Origin: Trueperaceae bacterium
GTDB taxonomy: Bacteria > Deinococcota > Deinococci > Deinococcales > Trueperaceae
Assembly: GCA_965213925.1 (NCBI GenBank)
Contig: OZ243927.1
Location: 2,656,001-2,720,000, forward strand
DNA: 64,000 bases
Reading direction: 5' to 3'
Of the stretch, positions 20,077 to 30,074 are shown piece after piece. The notes beneath the pieces were generated by a model, which saw nothing but the letters and a program-made list of their open reading frames with translations, searched no databases and was not told the origin of the DNA. Made by a program: the position numbers and the translations under genes. Positions within the stretch are counted from its first letter, which is position 1; every line of letters starts with the position of its first letter.

Positions 20077-21471
20077 TCAAAGCGAAAAGAGTTGCCACCA
20101 GAACGCCCACGGCACGAACAGCATCGCCCCGCCCATCAAGAGGGCGAGCCAGACGCGCTCAACTCCCTGTACCGACTGCCGCCCCCGGTACCAGGTGGCT
20201 GTAAGTAGAACCGCCGTTAGCAAAAGTGCGAAAGCAAGAAGCTGGAGGAGGAACCAGCCGACTGGACGCCCTGCGATGACCGAGGTCACGCCTTCGCCGG
20301 ATGTCGCAGCGACATACCCCGTATAGGCGTACACGCCCCAAGGGGTGACTAGACCGAGCACAGTGAGAACCCAGGTACTCCACCTGCCTGGCATCCGCTG
20401 CGGCTTGGCGCGGCGAAGATACCTGACACCCGCTGCGACGAGGTACCCGCCAAAGACAAGCTGAAACAAGGCGAAGAAGGCGAGCTGCACCTGCCACCGG
20501 GCGAAGCCCTGCACATCCGTCACCGAAGGTCGGGTAGGGTGCCCGTCCGCTGGCGACGCGTCCAAGTGCGGTCCCGGTGGCGCGTCGGCGGTAACGTTCC
20601 GAAGCCATGAGGTCATCGTCTCGACGTAACCCGGGGCGAGCGCGCCGGTCACCTGGTCTTCAGCGACCGCGCTCGCGTCGTGGCTGGCGTCAGAAATAAA
20701 GCGCAGGACGTAGTGCCGATGACCTCCCCGCGCCAACGCTCGCCGCATAACACGGGCACTTTTGGCGGCAGGCATGACGCGATCCAGGGAACCCCAGAGG
20801 GCGAGGACAGGCTGACGGAGCTGCTCGAGAACGGGCGCGGGGTCGTATGTCCCTTCAGCAAAGAGCTCGGCCGAGATGAGGAAACGGTAGGTATGGTCCG
20901 CAAGAGCCCGCAGGCTCCCCTCTGAGGTGACGCCCTGCCGACGGAGCGCGCCCTCCGTCGCCCAAGCGCTCTGCTCTGCAGGCCCTACCCCCCCGCCTGC
21001 GACGGTGATCACGAACGCGATGTCGGTGGAGCGTGTGGCGGCTAGTGGCGCGACCCAGCCGCCTTCACTCAGACCCCACAAGCCGACCTGAGCGGGATTC
21101 ACCTCGTCACGCTGCTGCAGCATCTGCACGGCGGCGACAGCGTCGTCGGCTAGAAGAGAATACGAGCGGTCGCCTGCAGGGTTGGCGCTGTAGCCTTGGG
21201 TGCGCTTGTCGTAAAGCAGGGTGAGGAACCCCTCTCTTGCCAGGGCTTCAGCTACAGGGCGGTTCTCGTCACGCTTTCCAGGACCCGCCCCGTGAACGAG
21301 CACGACCGCCGGGACCCTGCCGCTCTGTTCGGGGATCAGCATTGTGCCGTGCAGCCTCACGTCACCGCTTTCGAAACTCAGCGCCTCTTCCGTCGCAGCC
21401 TGGGCGTGAGCGCCCGCCGCCGCAAGCCAGCAACTGAGGAGCAGCAACATCGTGAACACACAAAAGCGCAT
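20077..21471 (-). CDS. Exported alpha/beta hydrolase with C-terminal membrane helices
   Basis: VHGAG, YDKR, GLWGLSEGGW nucleophile motif, DASH; about four C-terminal TM segments. Confidence 0.85.
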   Translation of the reverse strand: MRFCVFTMLLLLSCWLAAAGAHAQAATEEALSFESGDVRLHGTMLIPEQSGRVPAVVLVHGAGPGKRDENRPVAEALAREGFLTLLYDKRTQGYSANPAGDRSYSLLADDAVAAVQMLQQRDEVNPAQVGLWGLSEGGWVAPLAATRSTDIAFVITVAGGGVGPAEQSAWATEGALRRQGVTSEGSLRALADHTYRFLISAELFAEGTYDPAPVLEQLRQPVLALWGSLDRVMPAAKSARVMRRALARGGHRHYVLRFISDASHDASAVAEDQVTGALAPGYVETMTSWLRNVTADAPPGPHLDASPADGHPTRPSVTDVQGFARWQVQLAFFALFQLVFGGYLVAAGVRYLRRAKPQRMPGRWSTWVLTVLGLVTPWGVYAYTGYVAATSGEGVTSVIAGRPVGWFLLQLLAFALLLTAVLLTATWYRGRQSVQGVERVWLALLMGGAMLFVPWAFWWQLFSL

Positions 21472-21662
21472 AAATTTAGCTGTCCCGATGACGACCCAAG
21501 CTTCGGTCGTTACGGCGTGAACCGTTCGAGGGCGAGGGTACAAAGACTGGTGAGTGCGTCATCATGCGACCTCATCCCTAGCGTAGCCCAGCAGCGCCAC
21601 AAACCGCATGTGCTTAAAGTCATGCACTCTCTACTATCTTGACGTCTAGCTGCTTTGCGGCG

Positions 21663-21694
21663 TTGTGCAAAAGACGCGCGCGTTCGTCGCACAA
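21663..21694. repeat. 32-bp palindromic boundary site
   Basis: TTGTGCAAAAGAC GCGCGC GTTCGTCGCACAA. Confidence 0.9.
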
Positions 21695-21748
21695 AGTTTA
21701 AGCTTCAGAAGGCTTATGAAGTGACCTAAAAGTTCTAGGAAGTGGGCA

Positions 21749-22276
21749 TCACCCGAGAGCTTCCAGGCTTTTGCGCGCATTCCCCGCTACCGACTTCCGC
21801 TCATCTTCCCTCAGGCGTATCAGGTGGGGTCGGAGCCACGCTTTGAGGCTTTCGTCCTCCTTAGCCCATTGGGTCAAGGTTTTCATCGTGTTATTTAGCA
21901 CGATCCAATCCGTATGGGTCGCAAGCGTATGTTTAAGATGGTCGGTAGCCTGTGAGCGTTGCTTAGCTGTCATGCGGTCGCTCAACATGCCGAATAGGAG
22001 GGCGAGCGTCCACTGAGTGGAGGCTTGATCGATCTGCGCGATCTCTTCTAAAAGCCGGTCGAGGTAGGGCTCTGACCACTCGGGGTGCGCGAGGGTCACG
22101 CGCTTGACGGCGTTCGACGTCCTCAGCCGCACGATCTCGTCAGCGCTGAAGTAACATCGGTATAGCTCCTCAAGTCGCGTCCTATCGCTCAGCACGATCT
22201 CCACAACTTCGAGAGTACGCCCCAGAGAGTTGGGATGTCCTCCGGTGAGCATGGATTCGAATGTTTCTTCCGCCAT
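21749..22276 (-). CDS. Conserved hypothetical helical (HEAT/ARM-like) protein
   Basis: MLTGGHPNSLGRT..VRLRTSNA..DWIVLNNTM; plausible helical-repeat protein. Confidence 0.7.
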   Translation of the reverse strand: MAEETFESMLTGGHPNSLGRTLEVVEIVLSDRTRLEELYRCYFSADEIVRLRTSNAVKRVTLAHPEWSEPYLDRLLEEIAQIDQASTQWTLALLFGMLSDRMTAKQRSQATDHLKHTLATHTDWIVLNNTMKTLTQWAKEDESLKAWLRPHLIRLREDERKSVAGNARKSLEALG

Positions 22277-22467
22277 CGCTAGCCCTGAATGTAGCACGCT
22301 CTTCTACCCGCGTTGACTCGGTCGAAAACTCTAGCTTGATAGCGGAGACGGTCGCAAACCGCCGGGCAAAGCCCGCTATACGGTGTCTCGCGAGCTTTTC
22401 GCTTGCCAAACCCGTGACAGAAGTGAGGCGCTTTGTGGCAGATCGCTGCTGTGGGAAAGAGTTGCCA

Positions 22468-22499
22468 CTGTGCGGCAGACGCGCGCAACTCTTGCACAA
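22468..22499. repeat. 32-bp palindromic boundary site
   Basis: CTGTGCGGCAGAC GCGCGC AACTCTTGCACAA. Confidence 0.88.
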
Positions 22500-22532
22500 A
22501 ACCAGAGCAACACGTCGTTATAAACTGCTTAC

Positions 22533-22985
22533 TCATTCCTTCGCCCGCTCAACAAGCGCTGCAATCCTCTCCTCGAAGCTGAAAGAGCCGAGCGGCTCGA
22601 CCTCGACTTGACGAAAGTCCGGATGGTCGGGGTTGAGAAGCACATTAAAGCTTTCAGGTGCGACCACTGAGGGAACGCGCAGAGCAACGCTTCTCGCTTC
22701 GCGCACCCAGGTGTCACCGTAGGACCGCGTCTGAACTCGGTCATTGATCCCGAGGTCGTCAGGCGCATTCTCGAGAAGAGTCTCATCGAAGGTACAGCGG
22801 TAAAGGTTATAACCCTGTAGGCTGGCGTAGACCTCCCAACCGGCTAGAATCTCTAGTGCAGCTAGAGCAGCGTGCTCCGCTGTATACACCATAACCGTGC
22901 CCTCGCTATTCCAACGCCCTGGTGCGCCGCGTGGTCTGAACGCCGCACTCAAACTGTTCGTAAAAGCTAAGCGGTAGACCTTCAA
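22533..22985 (-). CDS. RES-domain toxin (NAD+ phosphorylase family)
   Basis: VYR..GRWNSEG..VYTAEH..ALE..LRVPSVV..NVLLNPDHPDF. Confidence 0.92.
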   Translation of the reverse strand: MKVYRLAFTNSLSAAFRPRGAPGRWNSEGTVMVYTAEHAALAALEILAGWEVYASLQGYNLYRCTFDETLLENAPDDLGINDRVQTRSYGDTWVREARSVALRVPSVVAPESFNVLLNPDHPDFRQVEVEPLGSFSFEERIAALVERAKE

Positions 22986-23425
22986 AGAAAAGTGCCGTCC
23001 TCCAGCGCGGTAAGCATGTTTTGAAGCTTGCTGACCCCGACGCGCGTAGCCAGCAAGTCGATAGGTCTAGCTCCGTCTAGGGCAGCCTTAGGGCTCCCGA
23101 ACCAAGCTTTCGCCCCCTCCTGTCCGAGAATGCTCGCGACCCGTGCAAACAGGGTAAGCGCACTGTAGGTACGGTCTAAAAGCTCGACGCTCATATCTGG
23201 GTTCTTACTCTTGCGCGAGCGGCTGATGCCGAGCACAGCGAGTGCTTCGGTTTTGCTGATATCAAGCAGGGAAGTCAAACGTCTTAGAACCTGCTCGAGG
23301 GAGGACTCGCCAACGACAGTTTGCTTGAGCACGGCCTCAGCTACCTCGTTCGGCGTAGTGTCGAGTACCTGTTCAAACAGTGCCTCGCGGGTAGAAGCAA
23401 AGGAAGTCTGTATCACGTTCAACAT
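22982..23425 (-). CDS. Xre/MbcA/ParS-type antitoxin
   Basis: AKAWFGSPKAALDGARPIDLLATRVG..LEDG; overlaps RES start; start codon uncertain. Confidence 0.88.
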   Translation of the reverse strand: MLNVIQTSFASTREALFEQVLDTTPNEVAEAVLKQTVVGESSLEQVLRRLTSLLDISKTEALAVLGISRSRKSKNPDMSVELLDRTYSALTLFARVASILGQEGAKAWFGSPKAALDGARPIDLLATRVGVSKLQNMLTALEDGTFL

Positions 23426-23452
23426 AGTAGCATGAAACTTCAACGTTTAGCG

Positions 23453-23484
23453 CTCTGCAGGAGTTGCGCGCAACCGCCGCAGAA
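23453..23484. repeat. 32-bp palindromic boundary site
   Basis: CTCTGCAGGAGTT GCGCGC AACCGCCGCAGAA. Confidence 0.88.
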
Positions 23485-23657
23485 GGTTCTACGCGAACTA
23501 CTACTTCTATTAACTTGCGCTCCCTGCTCCACACCTCCTTTAACACAGGCGAGCCGTAGAGGTGCATGGTCGGCGATCACTAGGCTACCGAAGCTCTGCG
23601 AATTGCGCTTAAGCGTTAAAATGTCTTTACCTTAAAGAGCACAGAAAGGGCAGCGCT

Positions 23658-25082
23658 ATGAAGATTCGGTGGTTATATTCTATATTCGGTGTGCCCCTGG
23701 TCGTTCTCCTCTTGGGTGCCTTTGGCATCTCTCTTCAGGCGGGCTCAGAAACCGCAAATCCGCAAGCCCCGAACACTAAGCACGATCTGGGACGCGGCGT
23801 CAACTTCGGCAATGCGCTCGAGGCTCCGAGCGAAGGGCTCTGGGGTCTGACGCTCAAGTCAGCCTACTTCGAGGTGGTTAAGCGCGCGGGCTTCGACACG
23901 GTGCGACTCCCCGTCAGTTGGACACACCACGCCGCAACGACTTCGCCCTACGCCATCGATCCGGACTTTTTTAGGCGCGTCGACTGGGCGGTGGACGAGG
24001 CGCTGAAACGAGGCCTCAACATCATTATCAACATGCACCACTACGACGCGCTCAATTCGAACCCGCGCGAGGAGGGGGGGCGCTACCTCGCGCTCTGGCG
24101 GCAGATCGCCGAGCGCTACAAACACGAGAACGCCCTTGTCTATTTCGAGCTGCTCAACGAACCCCACGAGCAGTTCAACCGCGAACCCGAACTGTGGAAC
24201 GACTTGCTCGCGAAAGCGGTCGAGGTCGTGCGCGAGAGCAACCCGACGCGCCCGCTCATCATCGGTCCGGTAGGTTGGAACACGACCTCACGCTTGGACG
24301 AGCTCACGCTGCCCGACGACTCTAACCTCATCGCTACGATTCACTTCTACGAGCCCTTCGAGTTTACCCATCAGGGCGCGGCCTGGGTGACAACGCCGCC
24401 GCCTGCGGGGGTGAGTTGGACGGGCGAAGAGAGGATGCTGGTCTGGGACGATTGGTCTTGGGATACCCGCGTAAGGTGGCGCGCCTCCGAAGGGGACCAG
24501 CCAGCGCTCATGCTGACCTTCGAGAAACCCTGGGCAGGCTTCAAGCTCCACCCGGCTAAACCCGAAGAGGGCTACGACACCCTACATCTACGTGCTAACG
24601 GCGCTTTGGAGCTTCTCATTGGTTGTGAGCACGGGCTCCGGACGATTGTCACGCGCGTCGGCTGGCACGACTACTTGGTCGACTTAAGCACCTGCGAGGA
24701 GATAGGCAACCTTGTCATCCAGAACGCCAGCGATCAAGCGCCCGCCTCCATCTACATCCAGACATTAGAGCTTCGCGGCAGGAACGGCGAGCTTCCCCTC
24801 ATTATGACGAGCAAGGACGTGCTGAGAGAAACGCTCGACAGGGCAGCGGGTTGGGCTGCGGCGCGAGACATCCCTCTTCTACTAGGCGAATTCGGCGCGT
24901 ACAGCGTGGCGGACATGAGCTCGAGGGTGCGCTGGACGCGCTTCGTACGTGAGGAAGCAGAGCGTCGCGGCTTCGCCTGGGCCTACTGGGAGTTCGGAGC
25001 GGGTTACGGCGTTTACAGCCCTGAAACGGACCAGTGGCGCACGCGTCTGCTAGAAGCGTTGTTACCCCGCCTGACGCGCTAA
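23658..25082 (+). CDS. GH5 endoglucanase/cellulase, exported
   Basis: GVNFGNALEAP, VRLPVSW, ELLNEP, HFYEPFEFTHQGA, LGEFG, WAYWEF. Confidence 0.92.
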   Translation: MKIRWLYSIFGVPLVVLLLGAFGISLQAGSETANPQAPNTKHDLGRGVNFGNALEAPSEGLWGLTLKSAYFEVVKRAGFDTVRLPVSWTHHAATTSPYAIDPDFFRRVDWAVDEALKRGLNIIINMHHYDALNSNPREEGGRYLALWRQIAERYKHENALVYFELLNEPHEQFNREPELWNDLLAKAVEVVRESNPTRPLIIGPVGWNTTSRLDELTLPDDSNLIATIHFYEPFEFTHQGAAWVTTPPPAGVSWTGEERMLVWDDWSWDTRVRWRASEGDQPALMLTFEKPWAGFKLHPAKPEEGYDTLHLRANGALELLIGCEHGLRTIVTRVGWHDYLVDLSTCEEIGNLVIQNASDQAPASIYIQTLELRGRNGELPLIMTSKDVLRETLDRAAGWAAARDIPLLLGEFGAYSVADMSSRVRWTRFVREEAERRGFAWAYWEFGAGYGVYSPETDQWRTRLLEALLPRLTR

Positions 25083-25104
25083 AGCTAGGCAAGAGTCTTG
25101 TGCC

Positions 25105-25136
25105 TTGTGCAACGAACGCGCGCGTTCGCCGCCTAA
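25105..25136. repeat. 32-bp palindromic boundary site
   Basis: TTGTGCAACGAAC GCGCGC GTTCGCCGCCTAA. Confidence 0.88.
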
Positions 25137-25313
25137 AACTTGGGTCACCCTCGGTCCGTAGTTCAACCTAAAACCTCTTGCCGAAATGGACGTCAAGGAG
25201 AGTTCGGAGGGCGGCGCAGATTATTTGCCGCGCGGAGAAAAGAAGCGGCGTCACAGGGTGTAAGCCCAAAGAACATAGGAGCATTCACAGCCTTGAACGC
25301 TTGCACTGTCGGT

Positions 25314-26291
25314 TCAGCCTTTCTCGAGGACCCAGTCGAGGAGCGCCTCCAAGTTTGCTGTTGCTAAACCGACGACCCGGTCAGCGCCTCCGTAGTAGAG
25401 GTAAATTGCCCCGTTTACGACGGGATTACCTGTGCCGAAGACTACAAAGGGTACGTCGCCCTTGATCTCCCACATTTCTTTGGGCGCTAGAATAGGCGCT
25501 TCGGGCCGCTTGAGCACCTTACGAGGATCATCTCGGTCAAGTAGGGCGGCCCCCATACAGTAGATATGATGTTCGTTGTAGCCGTGATAGAGCACGAGCC
25601 AACCCACTTCAGTGAGAATAGGGGGACCCCCCGCACCAACACGTTTGCCGTCCCAAAGACCAGGGCGCGGCGTTAGGATTTCCGCGTGCTCACGCCAGCT
25701 TTTCATGTCATGACTTGACGCCAGCCAAATGCTGGGGGGGCGGCGGTGAAAGGTGACGAATTTGCCGCCCACCTTAGCGGGAAAGAGCGCGTGGTCCTTG
25801 TTGTCTTCACCTTCGACCACTGGCCCTAAAGTTTCCCAAGTGATGAGGTTGTCGCTCACAGCGTACATAGGGGTGATCCCTGAAGGAGGTGCGCCGACCG
25901 GCGCATGAAATCCCTTGCGACTATAGGCGGTGTAGGCCATGTAGAAGCGCCCCTCTAATTCGGTGACGCGGGGGTCTTCTACCCCCCTCGCATCCCGCTC
26001 CGAGCTTGGCGCTAGAACGGAGTGTCGCAACCGGTTCCAGGTCACGCCGTCCGAGGACACGGCGTAACCGATACGGGAAACGTAGTCGAGTCCTTGCGCC
26101 CGGTAGTGCATGTGAAAGAGGCCGTTATAATAGATTACCGAGGGATTAAAGGTATTGAGCGCTTCCCAAGGGTGGATAGGCTCGGGTCTCAAGACGGGGT
26201 TGGCGGGATGGCGCTGGAAATGACCACTTTCGGCTAGATGGTAGAAATCAGAGACTGAGTTTAGATTGGCTGAGGCGGGGTTAGAGGTCAT
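25314..26291 (-). CDS. GH130 glycosidase/phosphorylase
   Basis: TFNPSV, EDPRV, NKDHALFP, HRRP, YYGGAD. Confidence 0.88.
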   Translation of the reverse strand: MTSNPASANLNSVSDFYHLAESGHFQRHPANPVLRPEPIHPWEALNTFNPSVIYYNGLFHMHYRAQGLDYVSRIGYAVSSDGVTWNRLRHSVLAPSSERDARGVEDPRVTELEGRFYMAYTAYSRKGFHAPVGAPPSGITPMYAVSDNLITWETLGPVVEGEDNKDHALFPAKVGGKFVTFHRRPPSIWLASSHDMKSWREHAEILTPRPGLWDGKRVGAGGPPILTEVGWLVLYHGYNEHHIYCMGAALLDRDDPRKVLKRPEAPILAPKEMWEIKGDVPFVVFGTGNPVVNGAIYLYYGGADRVVGLATANLEALLDWVLEKG

Positions 26292-26481
26292 AAGGGCTCC
26301 AGAAAGGTAGGATGAGGTCGGTAGCTACTATGTTGGCGCACATAGCGGATGCGCAGGCGACTTAATATGGGAGCTGCACGACCTAATTGTAACGACTTTT
26401 TAGCAACACGCCTTTTCTGAAGTTTGAATCGACTATGCTTGACCTTTACGTCAAGAACCAGGTTGAGGAATACATAAGACA

Positions 26482-26498
26482 TTCTGCAACGAACGCGC
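26482..26498. repeat. Half boundary site
   Basis: TTCTGCAACGAAC GCGC, identical to the left arm of the 19977 site, then unrelated sequence. Confidence 0.75.
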
Positions 26499-26593
26499 TG
26501 AAAATACGTGCGAATGAGGCCAAGCCAGCCTAAAGGATGCCGACAAGGTCTACTAAACGTAAGAAATAACGGATGAAAATTCATATTCTACAG

Positions 26594-26631
26594 ACGTATA
26601 ACCGAGTCGCACCTGCGACTCGGTTATACGT
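26594..26631. other. Perfect 18-bp inverted repeat
   Basis: ACGTATAACCGAGTCGCA-CC-TGCGACTCGGTTATACGT. Confidence 0.8.
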
Positions 26632-26907
26632 GTAGTTGCTTACCTTACCCGAGCGGATACGAGTACCAATGGACGCTCTCACTGTGCCAACGACAGATGC
26701 AAATGCTGCCTGTATTAGGTCGTGTGCGGCTTGGACGAGCTGCACAGCACGCCCTCGGTCACCGAGCTTACAAACGGCGATCCAACCCGCGCCGCCCGTG
26801 CGTCCCCACGCTGAGGTCAACGTACCCTTCTATTCCTAAGATAGCTTTTAGGGTAGCTAGAGAGTTAGCGAAGAGAACGTTTAAGAAGCCCAAGACGTAA
26901 AGAAAGC

Positions 26908-27869
26908 CTACTGCGCGAACTGCGCTGGATAATGTACCTTAAAGACCGTCTCGAACGAGCTGAAGAGGTCTAAGTACTGCTCCATGTAGCGCGTCAAGAG
27001 GAAGTTCTCCCGCACGCTCTCCCTAGCCTTCTTGCCCATCGTCTCGCGCAGTTCTTCGTCTTTGAGGAGTTGCACCAGCCGCGCCGCCGCCTCGTCTACG
27101 GACGAGACCAAAAAGCCGTTCTCCCCGTCCTGAATCTGCTTCGTGATGCCGCCTACTCTGCCGCCGATCACCGGCGTCTCCTTCCACATCGCCTCGGTCA
27201 CGGTACGGTAAGCCCGAAGCCCTCCCGGATAGACTTCTGCATGACCACAGCGGCGCGGCGCTGCAAGGTGTTGACCAAAGTGGTGTCGTCGCCACAGGGC
27301 AAGATGAGGATGCGCTCTTCCTGTTGGCTTTTGATCGACTCGTAGATTTCGGTGCCTTCGGGGTCGTCCGAGGCGAAGTTGCCAAGAAGGACGAGCGTCG
27401 CGTCCACCTCTTGGCGTGCCTTCTTGAACGCTTCGATAACACCGACGGGGTCCTTCCAGGGGTCGAAGCGCGAGACCTGCACGACGAGCGGGAGGTCGGT
27501 GGGGATGTCGTAATGTGCTAAGCGCTCGTCCATCTCCTCGTCTGTGAGCGTGATGTTCTTGCGGCTGAAGGGGTCGATGGCGGGCATGAAGAAGACTTGG
27601 GGGGTCTCCAAGTCCTGCTTGTACGCCTCTAAGCTTATGATGATCGCGTCGTAACGTTCCACGAAGGGCGTGAGGTAGCGCCACAGCGCGGGGTTAGGAT
27701 TCGAGAGGTCGATGTGGCAGCGCCAAATCCAGGGGCGGTGCTTGTCGAAGTGGGTGATGAGCGGCAAGGGCTGTGGGTCGTGGACGATGACCAGGTCCGA
27801 GTTGAGGTTACTGCGCACCGCGTTTTCATAGACCACTTGTTCAAAGGTGTGCTGCTTGATGTCGTTCAG
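26908..27869 (-). pseudogene. treT: TreT-like trehalose synthase glycosyltransferase, frameshifted and 5'-truncated
   Basis: HDPQPLPLI, WIWRCHID, QVSRFDPWKDP, QKSIREGFGLTV / TEAMWK in two frames, split by a 5-bp duplication at 27200-27209. Confidence 0.8.
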
Positions 27870-28277
27870 CAAATTCGCTTTATCGCGCTGTCCATGCACG
27901 AAAAGCCCGAGTACGTTCAGGGCTTTTTAGAAGCGGGCGGGTCAGGCTACGTGCCTAAAAGTGCCGTCGAGACGCAGCTTTTAGATGCGATCGCTGCCGT
28001 ATCACGGGGTGAATACTACGCGCCTGCCAAGCTCCTAGCCGACCTCGCCAAGGAGATGGCGGGACTCGATCCCTACCGCAACGTAAAACTCACCCACAGA
28101 GAGCTAGAGGTCGTCGAGCACATTGCGCACGGGCGAACCCATAAGGAGATCGCCTCGGTTATCGGCATCAGCGAGAAGACGGTCGCGACCTACCGCGAGC
28201 GGGCGGCGGAGAAGCTGGGCTTAAAAACGCGAGCTGAACTCGTGAGGTGGGCGTTAGAGCAGAACATGCTGAGCTGA
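27870..28277 (+). CDS. NarL/LuxR response regulator, C-terminal part
   Basis: IALSMHE..GYVPK receiver end; LTHRELEV..KEIA..ISEKTVATYR HTH; N-terminus lost at the junction. Confidence 0.85.
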   Translation, partial: QIRFIALSMHEKPEYVQGFLEAGGSGYVPKSAVETQLLDAIAAVSRGEYYAPAKLLADLAKEMAGLDPYRNVKLTHRELEVVEHIAHGRTHKEIASVIGISEKTVATYRERAAEKLGLKTRAELVRWALEQNMLS

Positions 28278-28935
28278 GGGTCGTCTGACCGTTACAGAGC
28301 GAGAGAATAGGGCACAACGACGCGCCCGGTCCTACGTTTAGCGAGGTCTTCTTTTTTGTTCTCCGCGAGGCCCCACCTCATTCTATCCGCCCCTCTGTAG
28401 GACTTTCTTCCACACCCTCTGTAGGAACAGCGCGGACTTCTTGTCGGTGACGCGCTTTATAAGCTTAGGAGTTACGCGGTTGACTTCAAGTTGTACCAAG
28501 GCTTGGCAAGGTAGTCGTGGATAGCATCACGGACGATATTGTACTTGGCTTGAGGTTCTCCGCATTAAGCGTGCTCGAGTGACGGTATCTTAGCGGAGTG
28601 TTTGGAAAAACTTGCTCGGCTATAAGTTGAGGTTCATACTGAGCTGTGAATCAACTTTTCTCCCTACCGCACTGCGTTACCAAAGAAGTTTACTCAGATA
28701 AAGGCAGCTTTCGCGTGGTTGCTCGTAGCAATCATGAGTGCTTTGTCCTGATTGCGAACGGGTAAGCGACCGGGTTCATAGCCGATATATTCGTGCGCCT
28801 CGTGACCTTCCGCTATGTACACAAGCCGTTCGTCTCCATTTATATGTCCGACGTTTCCGTTGTTTGAACGCCTCATGCGGCAGGTAGACCTTTGCCGAGC
28901 TGCTCCCGCCTCGTGCCAGACGAACTTCTCGACTC

Positions 28936-29093
28936 ATACGGATTCCGTTTAATTCCCTATCACCGAGGCTTTTTCTCGGTGATAGTCCATACACTCCATC
29001 CGTTTCGCGGAGGCGAAAACTACGTAAATCCTTATTCCTATTCGCTACACTCAGATTGATTCGCTATGTTAGCGAATCAATCGGAATCCGTAT
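28936..29093. repeat. 158-bp MITE-like element (Deinococcus small-repeat type)
   Basis: Terminal 12-bp IR ATACGGATTCCG...CGGAATCCGTAT; internal hairpins CTATCACCGAG/CTCGGTGATAG and GATTGATTCGCTA/TAGCGAATCAATC. Confidence 0.75.
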
Positions 29094-29118
29094 CACAGAG
29101 GCATAACACGAGGTCGGT

Positions 29119-29760
29119 TTAGCCACGGACGTCGAAATCATAGAGATGCATAAAGGCGTCGAAGCCTTCTCTCACCACCTGTAAGGGATCGTCGAGCATC
29201 TCCAGCCGCGTAGACAGTGCCGCGAGCTGGGCGTAGCGAACGGCAAGGGACTCCGCGTTCGCACCGAGCGTGGTCAGCTCTTCGCTATACGCTGCTAAGT
29301 TCTGCTGAAGCGTGTTGTTCTGCTTAGTCGTCTGTTGATAAAGCACGCGTGTGTGTAGAAGATTACTGAGCCGCAGCAAAAGCTCCTCTGGATCGATGGG
29401 GCGAGACAAGAAGTCGTTCACGCCGGCCTCGAGCGCACGCTGTTTAAGGGAGTCGCGGGTATCTGAGGTGACCATAAGGATTGGCAAGAAGCATTCAGGT
29501 CCTTGCTGTTGCCGGAGCGATATAGTCATCTCTAAACCGTCTTGTCTGGGCATGTGATAGTCAGTAATAACAGCATCGGGTTGACATGCAGTCGTGAAGG
29601 TTAGTACCGACTCCGCATCCATAACGGTTGACACCCGCTGGAAACCCTGCTTGTTAAGGTGAGCCTTGAGCAGGGCTAGATTAGCTAGACTGTCGTCGAC
29701 CAGCAAGATATGACTTTCGAAAATTTTGGTGCGCCGCTCTTTAGTGATCCAAGAATTCAT
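29119..29760 (-). CDS. Response regulator receiver + coiled coil, probably truncated
   Basis: ILLVDD, TDYHMP..DG, PILMVTS, AGVNDF; no output domain. Confidence 0.75.
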   Translation of the reverse strand: MNSWITKERRTKIFESHILLVDDSLANLALLKAHLNKQGFQRVSTVMDAESVLTFTTACQPDAVITDYHMPRQDGLEMTISLRQQQGPECFLPILMVTSDTRDSLKQRALEAGVNDFLSRPIDPEELLLRLSNLLHTRVLYQQTTKQNNTLQQNLAAYSEELTTLGANAESLAVRYAQLAALSTRLEMLDDPLQVVREGFDAFMHLYDFDVRG

Positions 29761-30037
29761 GAAGTGTACCCCTAGTGCCCTTTCAGAGCGAGGCTAACCA
29801 CTATGTTGCGCTGCTTTCTATAAAAAGTTAAACATGCTTCTATTGTTAGAAAGTTTATAGCGATTGAGAGTGGTTTTTTTGTAACTCGCGCATAACGACT
29901 AGACGGTATCGCGAGCACCGTTCTTTCAGTTGCTGCAGCTTACGAAGGATCACCCTATCGTCCGCAAAATCTCTTGCTTTAATGACCTTCATAGGAGGTA
30001 GCACGATGTTGGGCAATTTAGCGGTAGAAGCCGAACC

Positions 30038-30069
30038 TTCTGTGCGAGTTGCGCGCGTTCGCTGCACAG
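30038..30069. repeat. 32-bp palindromic boundary site
   Basis: TTCTGTGCGAGTT GCGCGC GTTCGCTGCACAG. Confidence 0.88.
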
Positions 30070-30074
30070 CAGTG

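Noticed and set aside
26723..26746. TGTGCGGCT-TGGACG-AGCTGCACA palindrome as another site
   Set aside because: Spacing is too short and the GCGCGC core is missing.
28694..28994. Short ORFs 28694-28876 and 28776-28994
   Set aside because: No recognisable motifs; one overlaps the MITE-like element; cannot be supported as genes.
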